From NCBI GenBank assembly GCA_964188305.1, contig OZ076885.1: a DNA stretch of 64,000 bases; one strand, given 5' to 3'. Source of the stretch: Podarcis bocagei (lineage: Eukaryota). A program made the position numbers and the translations under genes. Shown here piece after piece: positions 25,051 through 37,872 of the stretch (positions are counted from its first letter, which is position 1; each line of letters starts with the position of its first letter). Under the pieces are notes generated by a model that saw only the letters and a program-made list of their open reading frames with translations, had not been told where the DNA came from and did not search any database.

Positions 25051-25129
25051 CTGGTTAAAGCCCCAGTCCGGCGCAGCCCTTGAAGGTAGGTGTGTGGCTG
25101 GATGCTTCCTTTCGCCGAGGGGTCTGCAT

Positions 25130-26130
25130 GGAGTCTGCTGCCTCCTTTATTCTGGGCCAGGATTAATAATCCCATTTGCCAATCCCACTCACTAGGGTTT
25201 GGTTGTGGGTTTGGTTTTTGTGTGTGTGTGTGGTTTGTTGTTGTTTTTTAATTTGGTGAAGATATTCACGAAACCTTCCCTTCTACCCCCCCTTTCCTCC
25301 TTTCTGACGCGTAAAGCTTTAACCACAAAGCAAAGCCCAGTCCCAGAGGGTGGGAGTATGTGGGGGGGCATGGGGGGAGGAGGAGAGGCACCGCAGATTG
25401 GCTCCTCTCCCCTACAAAGAGACAAGGCGAGGTGAGTGTGTGAAGCCACCCTGTCTCGGGCTGAAATGCCAGATTTGGAAAAGGGAGGTGGAGGGAGATG
25501 GGGGGGAGGAAGATGGGGGGGAAGGGGTGGGGATAGACGGGAGAAACTGACCCATTCTCTTTCTCCACTTCTTTCGCCTTTCCTCATGCTTCCCGTTCTG
25601 ACTCCCTGCAGTACTTGCCTGTCTAAGAATCCCCTTGGCCCAGACTTTTGGCCCGGTCTGCAGCAGGCTTTTTGACATCCGCGCCCCAGCCAAGTGCCAA
25701 GCAACTGGGGCCAGCGGCTGCCTTCCCACTGCCCTTTTGCAGGAAACAAAACACAATGGCTTGCCAGTGGGTTGTTGTCGGATGCTTGTCCCATTCTCAC
25801 AATCAGAGTGGTGGCGTTTAGTCACCAGCAGGTGACTAAACCTCCAGGCGACAGATGTCATGAAAGGCTGATGTAGGAGTGAGTACCGAGAGATAGTTTG
25901 CTCAGCAGGCAGGCAGTCAAGGGCATTGGTAAGGGGGCCTTTTGTCTCTTTCTCTTCGCCCAGAAAAAAAAAATCATACACATTTGTCTCTCATTCATCC
26001 CAGTGTTCTTCCTTCCGTTCCTTTGTGTGTTTGTGTGTAATATATACATATATAGGTTCTGATCGTAATTCATTAATCAGCAAAAGACTTGTCAGTCCTA
26101 TTTCAACACAAGGCTTGTGACTCAGCACTC
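25130..26130 (-). promoter_or_regulatory. CLCF1 proximal promoter/upstream region
   Basis: TATA-like ATTATTAA (25163-25170), G-rich tracts, inverted TGACTAA pair (25816-25841), ARE/AP-1 GTGACTCAGCA (26117-26127). Confidence 0.55.
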
Positions 26131-28221
26131 TGCTTTCCAACTTTAGGGGCAACCTCCCTTACGCTGAATGGACTCATTGGAAAGGGGCTCTAATGAGGAA
26201 ACAGGGGAGGCTGCAAAAGCGTTCAGGGGGTTGTTTGAAGGGGGGCATTAGGTTTGCTGCAGAGGAAGTATTCCTTTAAAAATAGCCATGCAAGTGATAT
26301 GTATGGGAATGGAAACATTAATACTGAAGTGATAGCAGCACCCTACTTAATGAAAGATAATGTTGTATCTCTCATAGAACCCTTACAACTTAGCATAGCT
26401 TTCCCCACCCCACCAGTTCTGAGCACTGGTTTGGTTGTTCATATTTGTCCACTTAGTATACACTGATATGTCCCATTCATCAGGGTTTGCACACATGTAA
26501 CCATGCAAGCAAGCAATTTTTTCGACAGGCCCCAGTTCTGCAGACCTTGCAGATGCAACATCTCCGTTAGCAAATTGTCAGCATAAGTGGTTCTGATCCA
26601 GCAAACCTCCACTGCATTAGTTTGGGTGTTTGCATTCCGTCCCTTCTGCTACCCAGTTGCTGAGCTCTGGGATCGGTGTAGAGGTTGTTTTTTGTTGGGG
26701 CTTTTGAGCTGCGTTGAAATGTATTTTCCCCCACCCCATGTTGCTTAAAAAAGTTATCTGACAAAAGAAATTCTCTCTTTGAATTTAAATGGCTAAGAAA
26801 TTGTTTATTTTCAATTACCCTTCCTTTGATTAGGACTGACTTTGCTGATGGGAGTCTTTCTAACTAGATGAGGACTTTGGAAATAAACTTCACATTTAAA
26901 ATAAACTATCAAATGTTATTAAAGCTGGCATGTCAGGTATATAGCAAAAATGAAGGAAAAAAGGAACCAAAGCTTGTTTATTCACATTACTAAATATTTA
27001 CATATTTTGCAAACAAGAAAAGCAAGGGAGAGAAGGGCTTTGTGCTGTACAAGGAAATCCAATCACTTCATCCAAAATTAATTGCGTTCGTGAATATATA
27101 TGTTTTTTCATTGTTAAAACCTGACTCGTTATTTACATGGAAAAACTATTATGGGGCTTTGAACTTTAGGAAAGAGGGGTTGGGGGACGTATTCCTTTTT
27201 TCCCCTTGCAGGCTTTCGCGCAGTGCTTTGTGTAAAAACAAAGGCACTCACAGACACAACTAATTTTAGCATTTCCAGCCCTCCAAGAGCCTTGTGCCTC
27301 CAAAAGGTGAAATTTAGCATTTTTCTCAAATGTAGTTTGAACCACTCAGCATTTTAAGTCTTATAAAATGTTTTAAGCTGTGAATTCATGAACTTTCCAT
27401 TCTTTATTTAAAGTAACTATTCACTTAACTGTTTCACACACCCATTTATTTCTTAGTCATTGGAGATTTATGTACCTCCAATAGGGCCAAGGTGAACTGA
27501 TATTTCTTTTGTGTACAGAATAAATAAATCTAAGGTAAGCAGCAGCAGTCCAATTTATATATTTACAAGAAACTGAGTCCTGCACAAAGCGCTGCCTTTT
27601 CTTTTTGTCTAGACACAAGTTTACATGTTTGTAAAATGCGTAGAAGTTTTCAGGCACATCGCTGCCTAGTCCTTGTTCCATGCTGTGTTTTCTTGAGCCT
27701 GCTGCAAAAGAGTGCAGAATTAGTTGAAATGGGCTTTGAGGGTTGTATGAGGGAAGGTGCAGTATGGGACCCAGAAAGGCATATCCCAAACTGTGAGTTT
27801 TTGGTTCTTGAGCTAAAGAAGAGAGATGCTTCTATTTGAAGATAAATTTCTTTTCTAGCAGATAAACTCTGAACCTTGAACTTCCAGATTTTATTTTATT
27901 TTTATTTTATTTACAAAGGGGCATTTGGGAAGCTTGGAGCGTAAAAGACACCCATCATGTGCCAAGGACGTGTGAAAAATATGTGACCTGTGTTTTGTCC
28001 TCCTGTATTAAAAATGCTCTAGAGCAACAGCCAGCCCTTGAAATCAGAAGGATCCTGTAAAACAAATTGTGACTGCCAGTCTTAGCTGGAACTGACCACA
28101 TGCCGTGAAAATGCTAATATGCAGTAGCAGCCAAGGAAATTTCAAAAAAGGTTTGAAAATTAATAGTGAAGGGGTTCACAACATGCTTGTTTCCCAGTAC
28201 ATATAAGCATATTCCTTTACA

Positions 28222-28361
28222 ACAGGGCTGGGAGACTCTGTGGTCCTTCAGATGTTGCTGGACTACAACTCTCATCATCCTTAGCCATTGGCCATGCTGG
28301 CTGGGGCTGGTGGGAGTTGGAGTCCAGCAGCATCTGGAGGGCCATAGTTCCCCCAGCCCTA
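28222..28361. repeat. About 135-bp palindromic hAT-like MITE (ggactacaactcccatca family)
   Basis: Fold-back element. Further copies at about 18310-18440, 19190-19290, 19870-20005, 31660-31810, 37170-37280, 41015-41105, 41170-41230, 47587-47710 and 48270-48375. Confidence 0.7.
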
Positions 28362-31300
28362 CTTTGACAATAGAGTTTTTTCACATTCCATGAAACATGG
28401 TGGAATAGAGACCCGGATCTAGATCACAGTTCATCAACTTCCCGTCCTGGATAAGCAGTAGTTGGGTCCAGAAATGTAGACGAGAGGCATGCCCGAAGCA
28501 CACAGTGGGAATTTACAGACTGAAAGAGCAGCAGCTGTGTCATACCACCAGTTTATAAAACTTGTGAAGACTATTTGCATCCTTTGGGTCGTTATGGGTT
28601 ATGTGAGCTGTAATTTGGTACATCAGAACCTGGGGCAGAGCCACTCTGAATAGGAGAAAGGGCACACGTACCTTAAGAGATTTGCATTCCAGATTAACAG
28701 CCAGGCCTGTTTGGTAACTGCCGCTGACCCAAAGTGCACATTATTTTGCCTTACAAGACTAAGGGCTCATCCACATTTTGCTTATCCCGGGTCTGAGTGG
28801 TTTTCTGCTTGTCTCGTGCTTTCTAGGCACGGCACGGGGTCTGAGCAGTTTACCGTTTGCCCCTTTGCTTTCCCCAGGAACACCAGCTCTTTACAGCTGA
28901 ATTGGAGCAAATGTCAGTCCTTGGGAAACCTAATTGGCATTTACTCTGATTCGGTGATAAAGAGAGGGTTTTCCCGGGGGGGGGGGGGAGCAGTGGAACA
29001 AGGGCAAGTGTGGATGAGCCCTAACACATTTGACCGTAAGTACTAATTCTAACCATTGTGGAAGCCAAAAGACAAGGGGAGCCCCATTTGCTCTCCAAAA
29101 TAATTCTTGCTTCTCACAGGCAGCTTCCTTCTTAAGGCTTAAAATAATACAAATTTCTTCTCTGCCAAAAGATGTATATTCAAGTGTTCCAGGAATTGTA
29201 CTTTAAAAAAGCAACCTAACCCTAATTGTGTGGTTGGGAAATACATATTAGTGTATATTTTGTGAGCTTTGTTCTCGTAAGTTTTCTTTTTCAGAACTAT
29301 TGGTGAGGAATGACATATACAGGACACTGAGAATGTGGGGGAGCACTGGCTGGAGTTTGAGGAGTTATACAGAATGAAGCTCCACTTCCTGGCCACTTTA
29401 ACCCACCCACAGATTACCCTGGTTTTACAACAAATTCTGCCTTCACCTTTTAAGTGTCGTTCTACAACCGTGAGGTCTCAAAACATACTTTTTTAAAAGT
29501 GAGATTTTTAGGGTTCTGGCTGGAACACAGATGTTTCCCTGAAGCCAGAGCCGCTTCAGATGTTATAAAACTGGGGGAATAGACAGACAGGAAGCACAAG
29601 AGTGATGCTTTTTTCGCTCCTGCAGTTCTCTGTTGTCATCTCAAATAGAACCTTTAAATTTCACCCTCTTGGGGAGTTGCAGAAATGCCCACGGTTCCAT
29701 TTCAGCTTATTCATTTCATTGCAGCAAGTGTGCATGTGTGAAAAGTCTACTTTGGATAATATGGGGGGGGGGGGACATTAGGAAGCAGGCACGTAAACCC
29801 TAACCGTAGAAGCCTCTCTATGTTATGTAGGTGGTTATATGCCTTGACAAAAGGACTACTGCAGCATTGTCAGTGTGCTCTTTAGTTGATATATGCTCTC
29901 TGGCTAATTAATGTGGAATAAATACCATCCTTGCTTGTTGTTTTTTATTATCCCAGCCATTAAAAAGACTGATCAAGATTGCTTCATGTGGCAACTCTTA
30001 AAAGATTTGAAAAACAAGCTTGAGTAAAGATAAAGTGCTTTAACGCTTTGCCTTTCTGCATTAAGTGATCTTGTGAATGTCTTGTTAGGTCTGCTAAATT
30101 GATCCAGCTTGGATCTGACAGCCAGATACATATAAATTCTGTTCGCTCTTTGCCTTTGCCTCAGGCAGTCTTCCATCTCCTTAGCATTCCTGGACCACAT
30201 TCACACAGTTACTTTAACCAGCCATTTGCTGTGCTTAATGCTCCCTAACTCCTGTATTATTCACACTGTGAACGCAGCAGTAGGAAGAGTACGGATCCCA
30301 CTTTTAATACCATACTTATTGTTCCTTACATCTGCAGGAATATTGTGGAAATAAAACCTTCTTTTCCCCCCTTTCCAGGGTGCCTCTTGACAACTGCAGA
30401 AATTATAGCTTAATTGCCCTCTAGGAAGTAGAGTTAAGAGGAATTCTGGGATACCTGCACATGACATCACTGAATGGGATCTCCTGGGGCATTAGGTAGT
30501 CTATTTCTTAAAATGCATATTAATTGTACAGAAATCAAAGTACGGTTTTTAGAACTCAGAAGTACCTAACGTTGCTTTTGTGGTACTCTTGTAAATGCCA
30601 CCAAAAGCAGTTCCGACTCTCTTTCCTCCCACAGCAATGAATTGTGGCCGACTCCAGTTTGCATGTCCAAGCACCCCTTTAATGAGGAGGTGATCAGTTA
30701 AAGGCTTTCTTCTCTTTTCAGTCTCCATTAAATAACCACCAAGCATCCTGCCATCTTGCATCCTGTCATCTTCAGCGCTTTCGTGAACTGCTTTCTATTC
30801 CTTCCCGCTGCCCATTTTTAAAATCTCTTCAGCCATTTTCCTGAAGTATTGGTACTTCGTGCCATGGAATGCACTTTGCCTCCTTACCAGAAAAGTGAGA
30901 TATCCTCATTTCAGATTGAGATGTAGGTCAGAAAGGGACTTGCCCAAATCTGCCAGGGACGTGTCAGAGTGAAGATTTGAGCCCACATTCCCCATATGTC
31001 AGGCAGGTGCTCTGGCTTTTTGAGATGTCCTTCCAGAGAGCAGCAGGAAGTCCCTCAGTCCCACAGCCACCCTTCTGATCACTCCTAGCAGATCAGAGAT
31101 TCTTCCATGGACTGTTAGAGTTTTGGAAGTTTTGAAGGCTTCTTCTTCTCTGGCCTTCTCATGAAGAAGTCAGCCTCTGCGGGTCATGTCCTTGCTCGAC
31201 ACGTAGCCCAATCCCTGGCATGAGGCCGAGCCATTCCTTACATGGAAGCATAGGGTACCACCTGGTTCAGAAAGTCCTGGCAGGCTTCCTAGCTCTACCA

Positions 31301-32334
31301 TTGGCAGCCCTGCCTCTCTCACCTCCCTCCCCCCACCCTGCTGCATCGCAGGAAGCACTGTGGGTGGTTTTGAGCTCACCAGAGAGGGGTGAGTCCTTCC
31401 CCCAATCTCTAGAGGCGCCAGCACTAGCCAAACCTCCCACTGCCAATGTTTGATTGAGCTCCTTCCCAGCCTCTCCCCCCCCCCACTTCCCCAATAGCTA
31501 TTCTTATTGAGTGTTTTGTTGTTGTTTTGGCAAAGGTTTAAATAAGGGCAGTGGGACAGGAGAATCATATAACATTTCTGGCTCTTCCGTCAGCCTGCAG
31601 TGATATCACTAGGAAGATCCCACAGGCATCAGGCTGAAATCCTAGCTGTTAGTACTGTAAACCAGCCTTCCCCAACCTGGTGCCCTCCAGATGTTTTGGA
31701 CTACAACTCCCATCAGCCTGTGCCTGATGCTCTCCAGCACACACAGGCTGTGGCTGATGGGAGTTTTAGTCTGAAATGTCTGGGGAGCTCCGGGTTGGCG
31801 AAGGTTGCTGCAAACCCTAGCAATGGCTGCTGGTTCTATTCTCCATGCTATATATATATGCTGATGTCACAGAAAGATGCTGCTCTCTTCTCTTCCAGCC
31901 CTTCCCCTCTTGCCTCTCATTCATTCCTTGCTCCCGCTCCACCACATGCCTGTGCTGTCTTCCCACAGCTGCTCTTTTCAAGTTCATAACCCTCTCGCTC
32001 GAGGTTCCCCTCTTACCTGTTTCCTATCCATCCACTAAAGGGATTGGCAAAGGAGTTGACTCTGTGACAGGGAAATGACGTCATGGGATTTTATAAGCTG
32101 ACATTCCAAAGTGATTAATGGGGTTGGGTGCTCCACAGACTTATCATTTCATGTTCTTTTGGCAGTCCTGGACAGGAACCACCATTGGTCACATTTGTGA
32201 TGTGCTGGGAGCTTTGCTCTACCTACAGCCACAAGTAAAATCAATACGGTGAATGCTAAAAAGAAACAACAAGATAATATACCTTTGTCATGGCATTAAG
32301 ACTTTTACTTATAACACACAGTGAGCACTAGGAT

Positions 32335-32520
32335 CATAGGAAGCTGCCTTATACAAAGTCAGACCATTGGCTCATTAAGTTCAGTTCTGTCAACACAGAC
32401 CAGCAGTAGGTCTCCGGGATTTCATGCAGGAGTCTCTCCCAGCCGTACCTGGAGATAACCAGGGATTGAACATGGGACCTTTGGTATGCAAACCATGTGC
32501 TATACCACTGAGCTATGGCA
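32335..32520 (-). mobile_element. tRNA-derived SINE with CR1-type tail (Squam-type)
   Basis: - strand GCCATAGCTCAGTGGTATAGCAC...GTTCAATCCC (A/B boxes), tail TATAAGGCAGCTTCCTATG. Related copies at about 35743-35920 and 63155-63315. Confidence 0.75.
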
Positions 32521-33129
32521 CTCAATGTTAAATGAACCAGAGGGGAAACGGCATGCTCCATTGCGGAGTGGGACCTGAGGCACAGTAGTAGCATCTCATC
32601 AGTGTCTGCAAGCCATAGAATAATGATGTGTTTGGCCCTACATACTCCTCATTCCCCGCCCCATGGCAGGCCCAAAAATGTGTTGTTGTTTTTCTGGCTT
32701 AAGGGTGTTTAGGTCCTAAATTGGGAGTCTGGAAAGACAATGTGCTATACAGATGGAAAGCAGCATTAGGTACTTATGTGAGAGTTACATGTAAATGTTA
32801 TTGGCCTTTCTGTAGCAACATTATTACTCCATGTAAATATTATCAAAGCGATGGAAGTTTGGGGAGTTTCTTTATGGCTAAGAGTGAAAACCTTTGTTTT
32901 CAGTGGGATTTCTCCTGTCACCCAAATACAACAATAACATGTTTCAGGTTAAGATAAGACATTTCAGAGAGATATATCTACATTGGTCTCTTGCAGCAAA
33001 AACAAGTAAGAGTCTTATGGCACTTTTGGGACTAACAAATGGTCTAAGCTTTGTGGACTAAAAATAAGTTTGTGTACAGTTTTTCATTTTGTGTGTTGTT
33101 GTTTTTTTTAAGTTGAGTAGTAGTTTAAG

Positions 33130-33510
33130 ATGGATTAGAAAATGTTTTTCTAACTCATAATACTATAACTCAGGGACATCTGTTAAAGCTGAATTTTCGA
33201 AGATTCAGGAGGGACAAAATAAAATCTGTCTTAGTTAAATCTATAAAATTTGCCCCCACGAGATGTAGTGATGGACACCAATTTAGATGGACAAACTCAT
33301 GAAGGCTAAAGCTATCAATGGCTTCTAGCTTTGATGGCTGTGTACTGCTTTCAGTATTAGAAGCAGTATTGCTTTGAAATACCTGTTTCTGGAGAGCACC
33401 AGTGAGGAAAGTACTGTTCTACTGAAGTCCTGCTTGTGGACTTCCCGTGGGCATATGGTTGGCCACTGTGAGAATAGGATGCTGGACTTTTGGCTCCTTC
33501 CCGTTCTTAT
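33130..33510 (+). mobile_element. CR1 LINE 3' fragment
   Basis: ctcataatac...gatgtagtgatgg...ctatcaatggc...gttggccactgtgagaataggatgctggac. Related pieces at about 33690-33760, 49100-49340, 52500-52680 and 56610-56920. Confidence 0.6.
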
Positions 33511-34442
33511 AAGAGGCAGGGGATCAGTTACAGGATCATCTTAAAGCACAACTAGCCCTGCATCCCCATCTTGTCCGTTAAAATCTCTTCATCGGTACCT
33601 CTGCAATCTCCGAACAAGTTCTGAAAACCCCTTTAGCTCTGACCTGCTTGCCAGAAAATTTCCCTTTTCAGCTACTGCTGCTTACTCTCCTCTGTGAGAA
33701 CAGGATGCTGGCTTAAATGGGCATTTGGCCTGATCCAGCAGGGCTCTTCTTGTGTTCTTAAGCTACAAGGAATCTGGGGGAAACACAGGTAATGTGACAA
33801 TGATTTTCATAACATATGCACAAAAGTGCCATCATTTTCATGTATCCCATCTGAAGCAGATTTAGGTAAGCCTTTTAAAAAACAAAAACCTTAGGCTGCT
33901 GCATTTTGTTTTGTTTTTTAAACCAAAGACTATTTGAGGAGAAAGGGGTTTTGTCAGTAGTCGTTCACTCCATGTTGGTAACTTCCCTATTTCAGTGTTA
34001 CTCTCATCACTCATTTTATAGCCCTTGGCTCTGTTTACAGCAACCGTTAAATGCTGCCCTAACTAGAGAATTACTCATTCCCCCACAGGGTGTCCTACAT
34101 CACTCCTTCCTTTATCAACAAGTGTCATTTATCTTCACAACATCTCATCTTGATTAGCTAATACGCTATAATGATGAAAATGCTCCTTTAATTTGGGGTC
34201 CCCTCCTTAAGATTCATTCCCTGATTACTAGTAGTTCTTACACAGCATTGTCTTGTGTTCAGCACTTGGAATTCCCTTACTACACCCTAGGATCTCAAAC
34301 AGTGGAGCAAATGTCTTCAGGATTTATGCAGGAAGCCTGTGGAGAGGAGGGCAAGAGTTCCCTCACTACTTACATACACAGATGCACAACCTTTAACATT
34401 CTTGTGTCCCATTTTGCAGACCCTCCTTTGTAGCTTTCTATA

Positions 34443-34666
34443 CAATAGTACCTCAGTTTTTAAGAACAGTTCTGTTTAAGAAAGAGTCGGTTTACGAACT
34501 CCGCAAAACAGGAAATAGTGTCTCGGTTTGCAAACTTTACCTCGGTCTAAGAACGGAATCCGAACGGTGGAAGGGCACTGGTGGTGGGAGGCCTCATTAG
34601 GGAAACGGTTTTGGTTTAAGAACGGACTTCCAGAACGGATTAAGTTCATAAACCGAGGTACCACTG
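34443..34666. mobile_element. Tc1/mariner (Tigger-like) MITE
   Basis: TIRs CAATAGTACCTCAGTTT / AAACCGAGGTACCACTG with TA duplications. Confidence 0.85.
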
Positions 34667-37600
34667 TATGTACATTTGTGTGCCCAAGGATTCCTGTGAA
34701 CAAGTTGTGAGCAAACTGTTGCTAAACTTGCTCGGAACCTTGCACGTCTTAACATATAAAGCATCTGAGAGCCCTGAGTTACGCATTCTGAACATCAGTG
34801 GGGAACAAACAGTTAGTCATCACAAAACTTCGCAGTCGTGTGGGTTATGCACCTAGCAAGATAATTTGACTAGTCTTTCATGTCAACTATGGCCAAGGCA
34901 AGTTCCGTTTTGCATACAAGCAAGGCAGGTGTTCTTAAAAGGTAACAGCCTCCTGCAACAAAAAGTATTTGCTCTGAGTACAATATTGATGCGGAATGAA
35001 CAAACTACATCATGGAAAAGCTAGCATGAAATTACATAACAAGAACTAGGTGTGTGCAGACACACCTCAAAACAGGAGTGGGCGGGTGCATTTTTATCTC
35101 CTGCCAGGCTTACTTCCACATTCATCTTGCAATTTAGGATGTGTTTGCTTCCTTTTCCAGTGCTGATTTAGGCTTCATGTCCTCCTCTTTCTCCCCCCAC
35201 CCCCAATGTTAGCAGGGCTGTCCTTTTTATGTTTTAAAGAACAACTTGTACAGTTATGCAATTAAAAGCTCACTTCGTGCTTAAAATAAATAAATTAAAA
35301 TCTGCTCTCATGAAAGGTGGTTGTTTCTTCGTGATAACATAGATACTAGCCTATCAGCCCCAGCCACAAAACACTTCTAAAGGAAACTCCTTGGATCTTG
35401 ATCTTGAAGAAAGGCTTGTGTGCCTGATCAAAATGGTGTGAGTGCCCTTCTTTGGACTCCACTTGTTCTTAGGCACACCTGTTTACACCTGGCGTCATCT
35501 TAGTGTATATTGACAAAGAGACAGAGGTAAATTGCACCAAATCTCTGCCATCACCATTGAAGGTCTGAGCTGGCAAACTTATTTCAGAAGAAGGGTGCTT
35601 TTTATTAGATTTTTAAATGACATTTTGTGAGATCATGGGGATTCACAACTGTTATTGATTTGGCCCCAAAACAGTATTTCAGTTCTTTGAAAGGTGAATT
35701 TTAAATCCCACTCTAGGAAGGCAGGTTCATTCCTCCAAAGAAGCCATAGCTCATTGGTAGAACACAGGGCATGTATCCCAGCTCACTGTCTGGCACAGCA
35801 GGTTCCGAGTTGCAGGCCTTGGAAAGCCCCAAGCCCTTGGACAGGCATTGCAGCAAGGTGAGCTGCTTGAGCCAATGGCATGATGAGACTGTGGTGAAGC
35901 AGCCATGAGATTTCTTCAGAATACTGTACATGTTGCTTGCAGCCGCTCATTTTATTATGCCATTGCAAAAACTCCCCAAAGTGGACTGAGCAACAGCACA
36001 GTAAGTGTGAAGAAAGTTGGATAGGGAACACATGTGTGACTGTTGAATCCACTAAATGGATTCATCTGACCTACACAAATGCCAAATTAATCATGGAAAT
36101 TAACATATAGGCAATTTTTCAATGGGTTTCTCAGTGTGATGGGAATCTAGAATTCCCTTTTGTATCCCAGGGTTGCTTCCATACTAGAGTGCTGCCAAGG
36201 CATTCCTTTTCCATAGTTAATTGGAAGGCAGCAGAATTAAATTAGCAGTTCTACACAAGGATTATATTATCCAGCAGTGCCCTTCTCCATGGCCAAGATC
36301 TTGCTATAATGTTTACTTAGAATTAAAGGTTCCCAGCAACATTAATTATAAGTACAACCCTATGCTCAGAAGCCCCATTGAGTCTGATGGAACTTCTCAC
36401 ATAAGTATTAGAGTTTTGCAATTCCTGTTTGAAGGTTTTGCTTGTTGCATGACTTTCTGAGGACTGGTAATAAATGACCCTTCAGTAGCCAAGTTCTGTT
36501 TCTGTATGGAGTGAGAAGCATTAATTACTTAAGCCATCATTTTTTTGCTTCCATATATGCAAAATACTATTTCAATTAAAGATTGGGAGGGGAAGTATTT
36601 TAGTAACTCTTGTTACCTTCTAAACTCCTGAAATGGAAGAAGTAAAAGGAAATTTGGTGCTAATTGCCCATCTTCAATCAACAGGAAGCCATAAAACAGG
36701 TAGAACTTGCAAACAAAATTTTTTAATGAAAAGTACAGAAGCTCATTTTTTAAAAAACTGCCACATGTCATCCTCCCCCCGGCCATCCATGAACTGACAA
36801 CAGAAAATACTGCAATGCAGTGAGCTAATAAAAGATGTATGGATGTTCCATAAAAAATCTAATGAAAAGGTTAAGTGGGGAAGTAGTCTCTGATCTGTGG
36901 TAGTTTTAGAACCTTATTCTATAAAGTGACCATTGCTTTTTCCTTAATCTTGCATTCTTCTCATTGATCCTATCAACTTAGCATATCAAAATATCATGTA
37001 TTCCTACTGTGGCCAAAGAAATAAGACAGTGCCTTTATTAATCTATTTATTGTTACCCATGTGTTTTAACCTTTCTTGGAAATAATTATACATACCAGAC
37101 AAGATGTTGAATTCCTAGAGACCACTCACTCCACTGGATACCATCTTCTTTTATAATGTACAATAGAGATGGAGAACTTGTGACCCACCCTCCATGGTGT
37201 TGTGGGACTCACCCCCAGGCAGCGTGGCCAAAAAGATGGGAGTTGTAATCTATAGGAGGGCCACAGGCTCCCCATCCCTGATATACAACGAGAATGGTAA
37301 CCAACCTCCATAGAGACATTTTGGCAAAGGAGTTGCTGCAGTCTGTCCTAAGTTAATTGGGAATCGGTCAGTTGTGATGAAACCAACATAAGGATAGGAC
37401 AATGGCAGTACGGCATTTGCAACCAACCACTTATTTCAACTGGAAACAGCCATTAAAAAAAGGAACAGTTTTTCATCATGATGTGATCTGCCTACACAAA
37501 CCTCTTCTTCACATTGCTGCCAGTCAGATTTTAGCTGACACTGTCTAGGATACAATTTGGATAAGACAGTTTCAGCCATCTTAGCCTAGTAACAACAGTA

Positions 37601-37854
37601 CCTAGAATTTATAGGGTGTGTCTCAAGCACTTTACATCTCAACAGTTTTTACAGCCATCTGATAAAGCAGTTCAGTAGTATGATATTGCTGAGGAAAGAG
37701 ACACAATGGCTTACAACTTTGGGTGCGTGCTCCCCCTAAAAAAAAAAGGTCAAGTTCCTCTTTTTCTAGGGGAAAAAAGCCCTGGATTCTACCCTTCACA
37801 GCCAGCAGGAGGAATCCTGCAAACAGCAAGATACTCCCTGCTTGTTGGCACTGC

Positions 37855-37872
37855 AGCACCCCCTGGCGGTCA
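37855..37872 (-). promoter_or_regulatory. Candidate CTCF site
   Basis: - strand TGACCGCCAGGGGGTGCT, close to the CTCF core consensus CCASYAGRKGGCRS; CpG retained in an AT-rich surround. Confidence 0.55.

Noticed and set aside
25192-25981. Long overlapping ORFs (202 aa, 189 aa) upstream of CLCF1
   Set aside because: Low-complexity Pro/Gly-rich translations of a GC-rich promoter, with no recognisable domain or exon structure.
35400-35435. Hammerhead-like CTTGAAGAAAGGCTTGTGTGCCTGA
   Set aside because: Lacks exact CUGANGA and GAAA cores and a stem I.
15542-35485. Identical 17-mer TTAGGCACACCTGTTTA at 15542 and 35469
   Set aside because: A rough expectation for one exact 17-mer match within 64 kb is about 0.2, and the flanks are unrelated.
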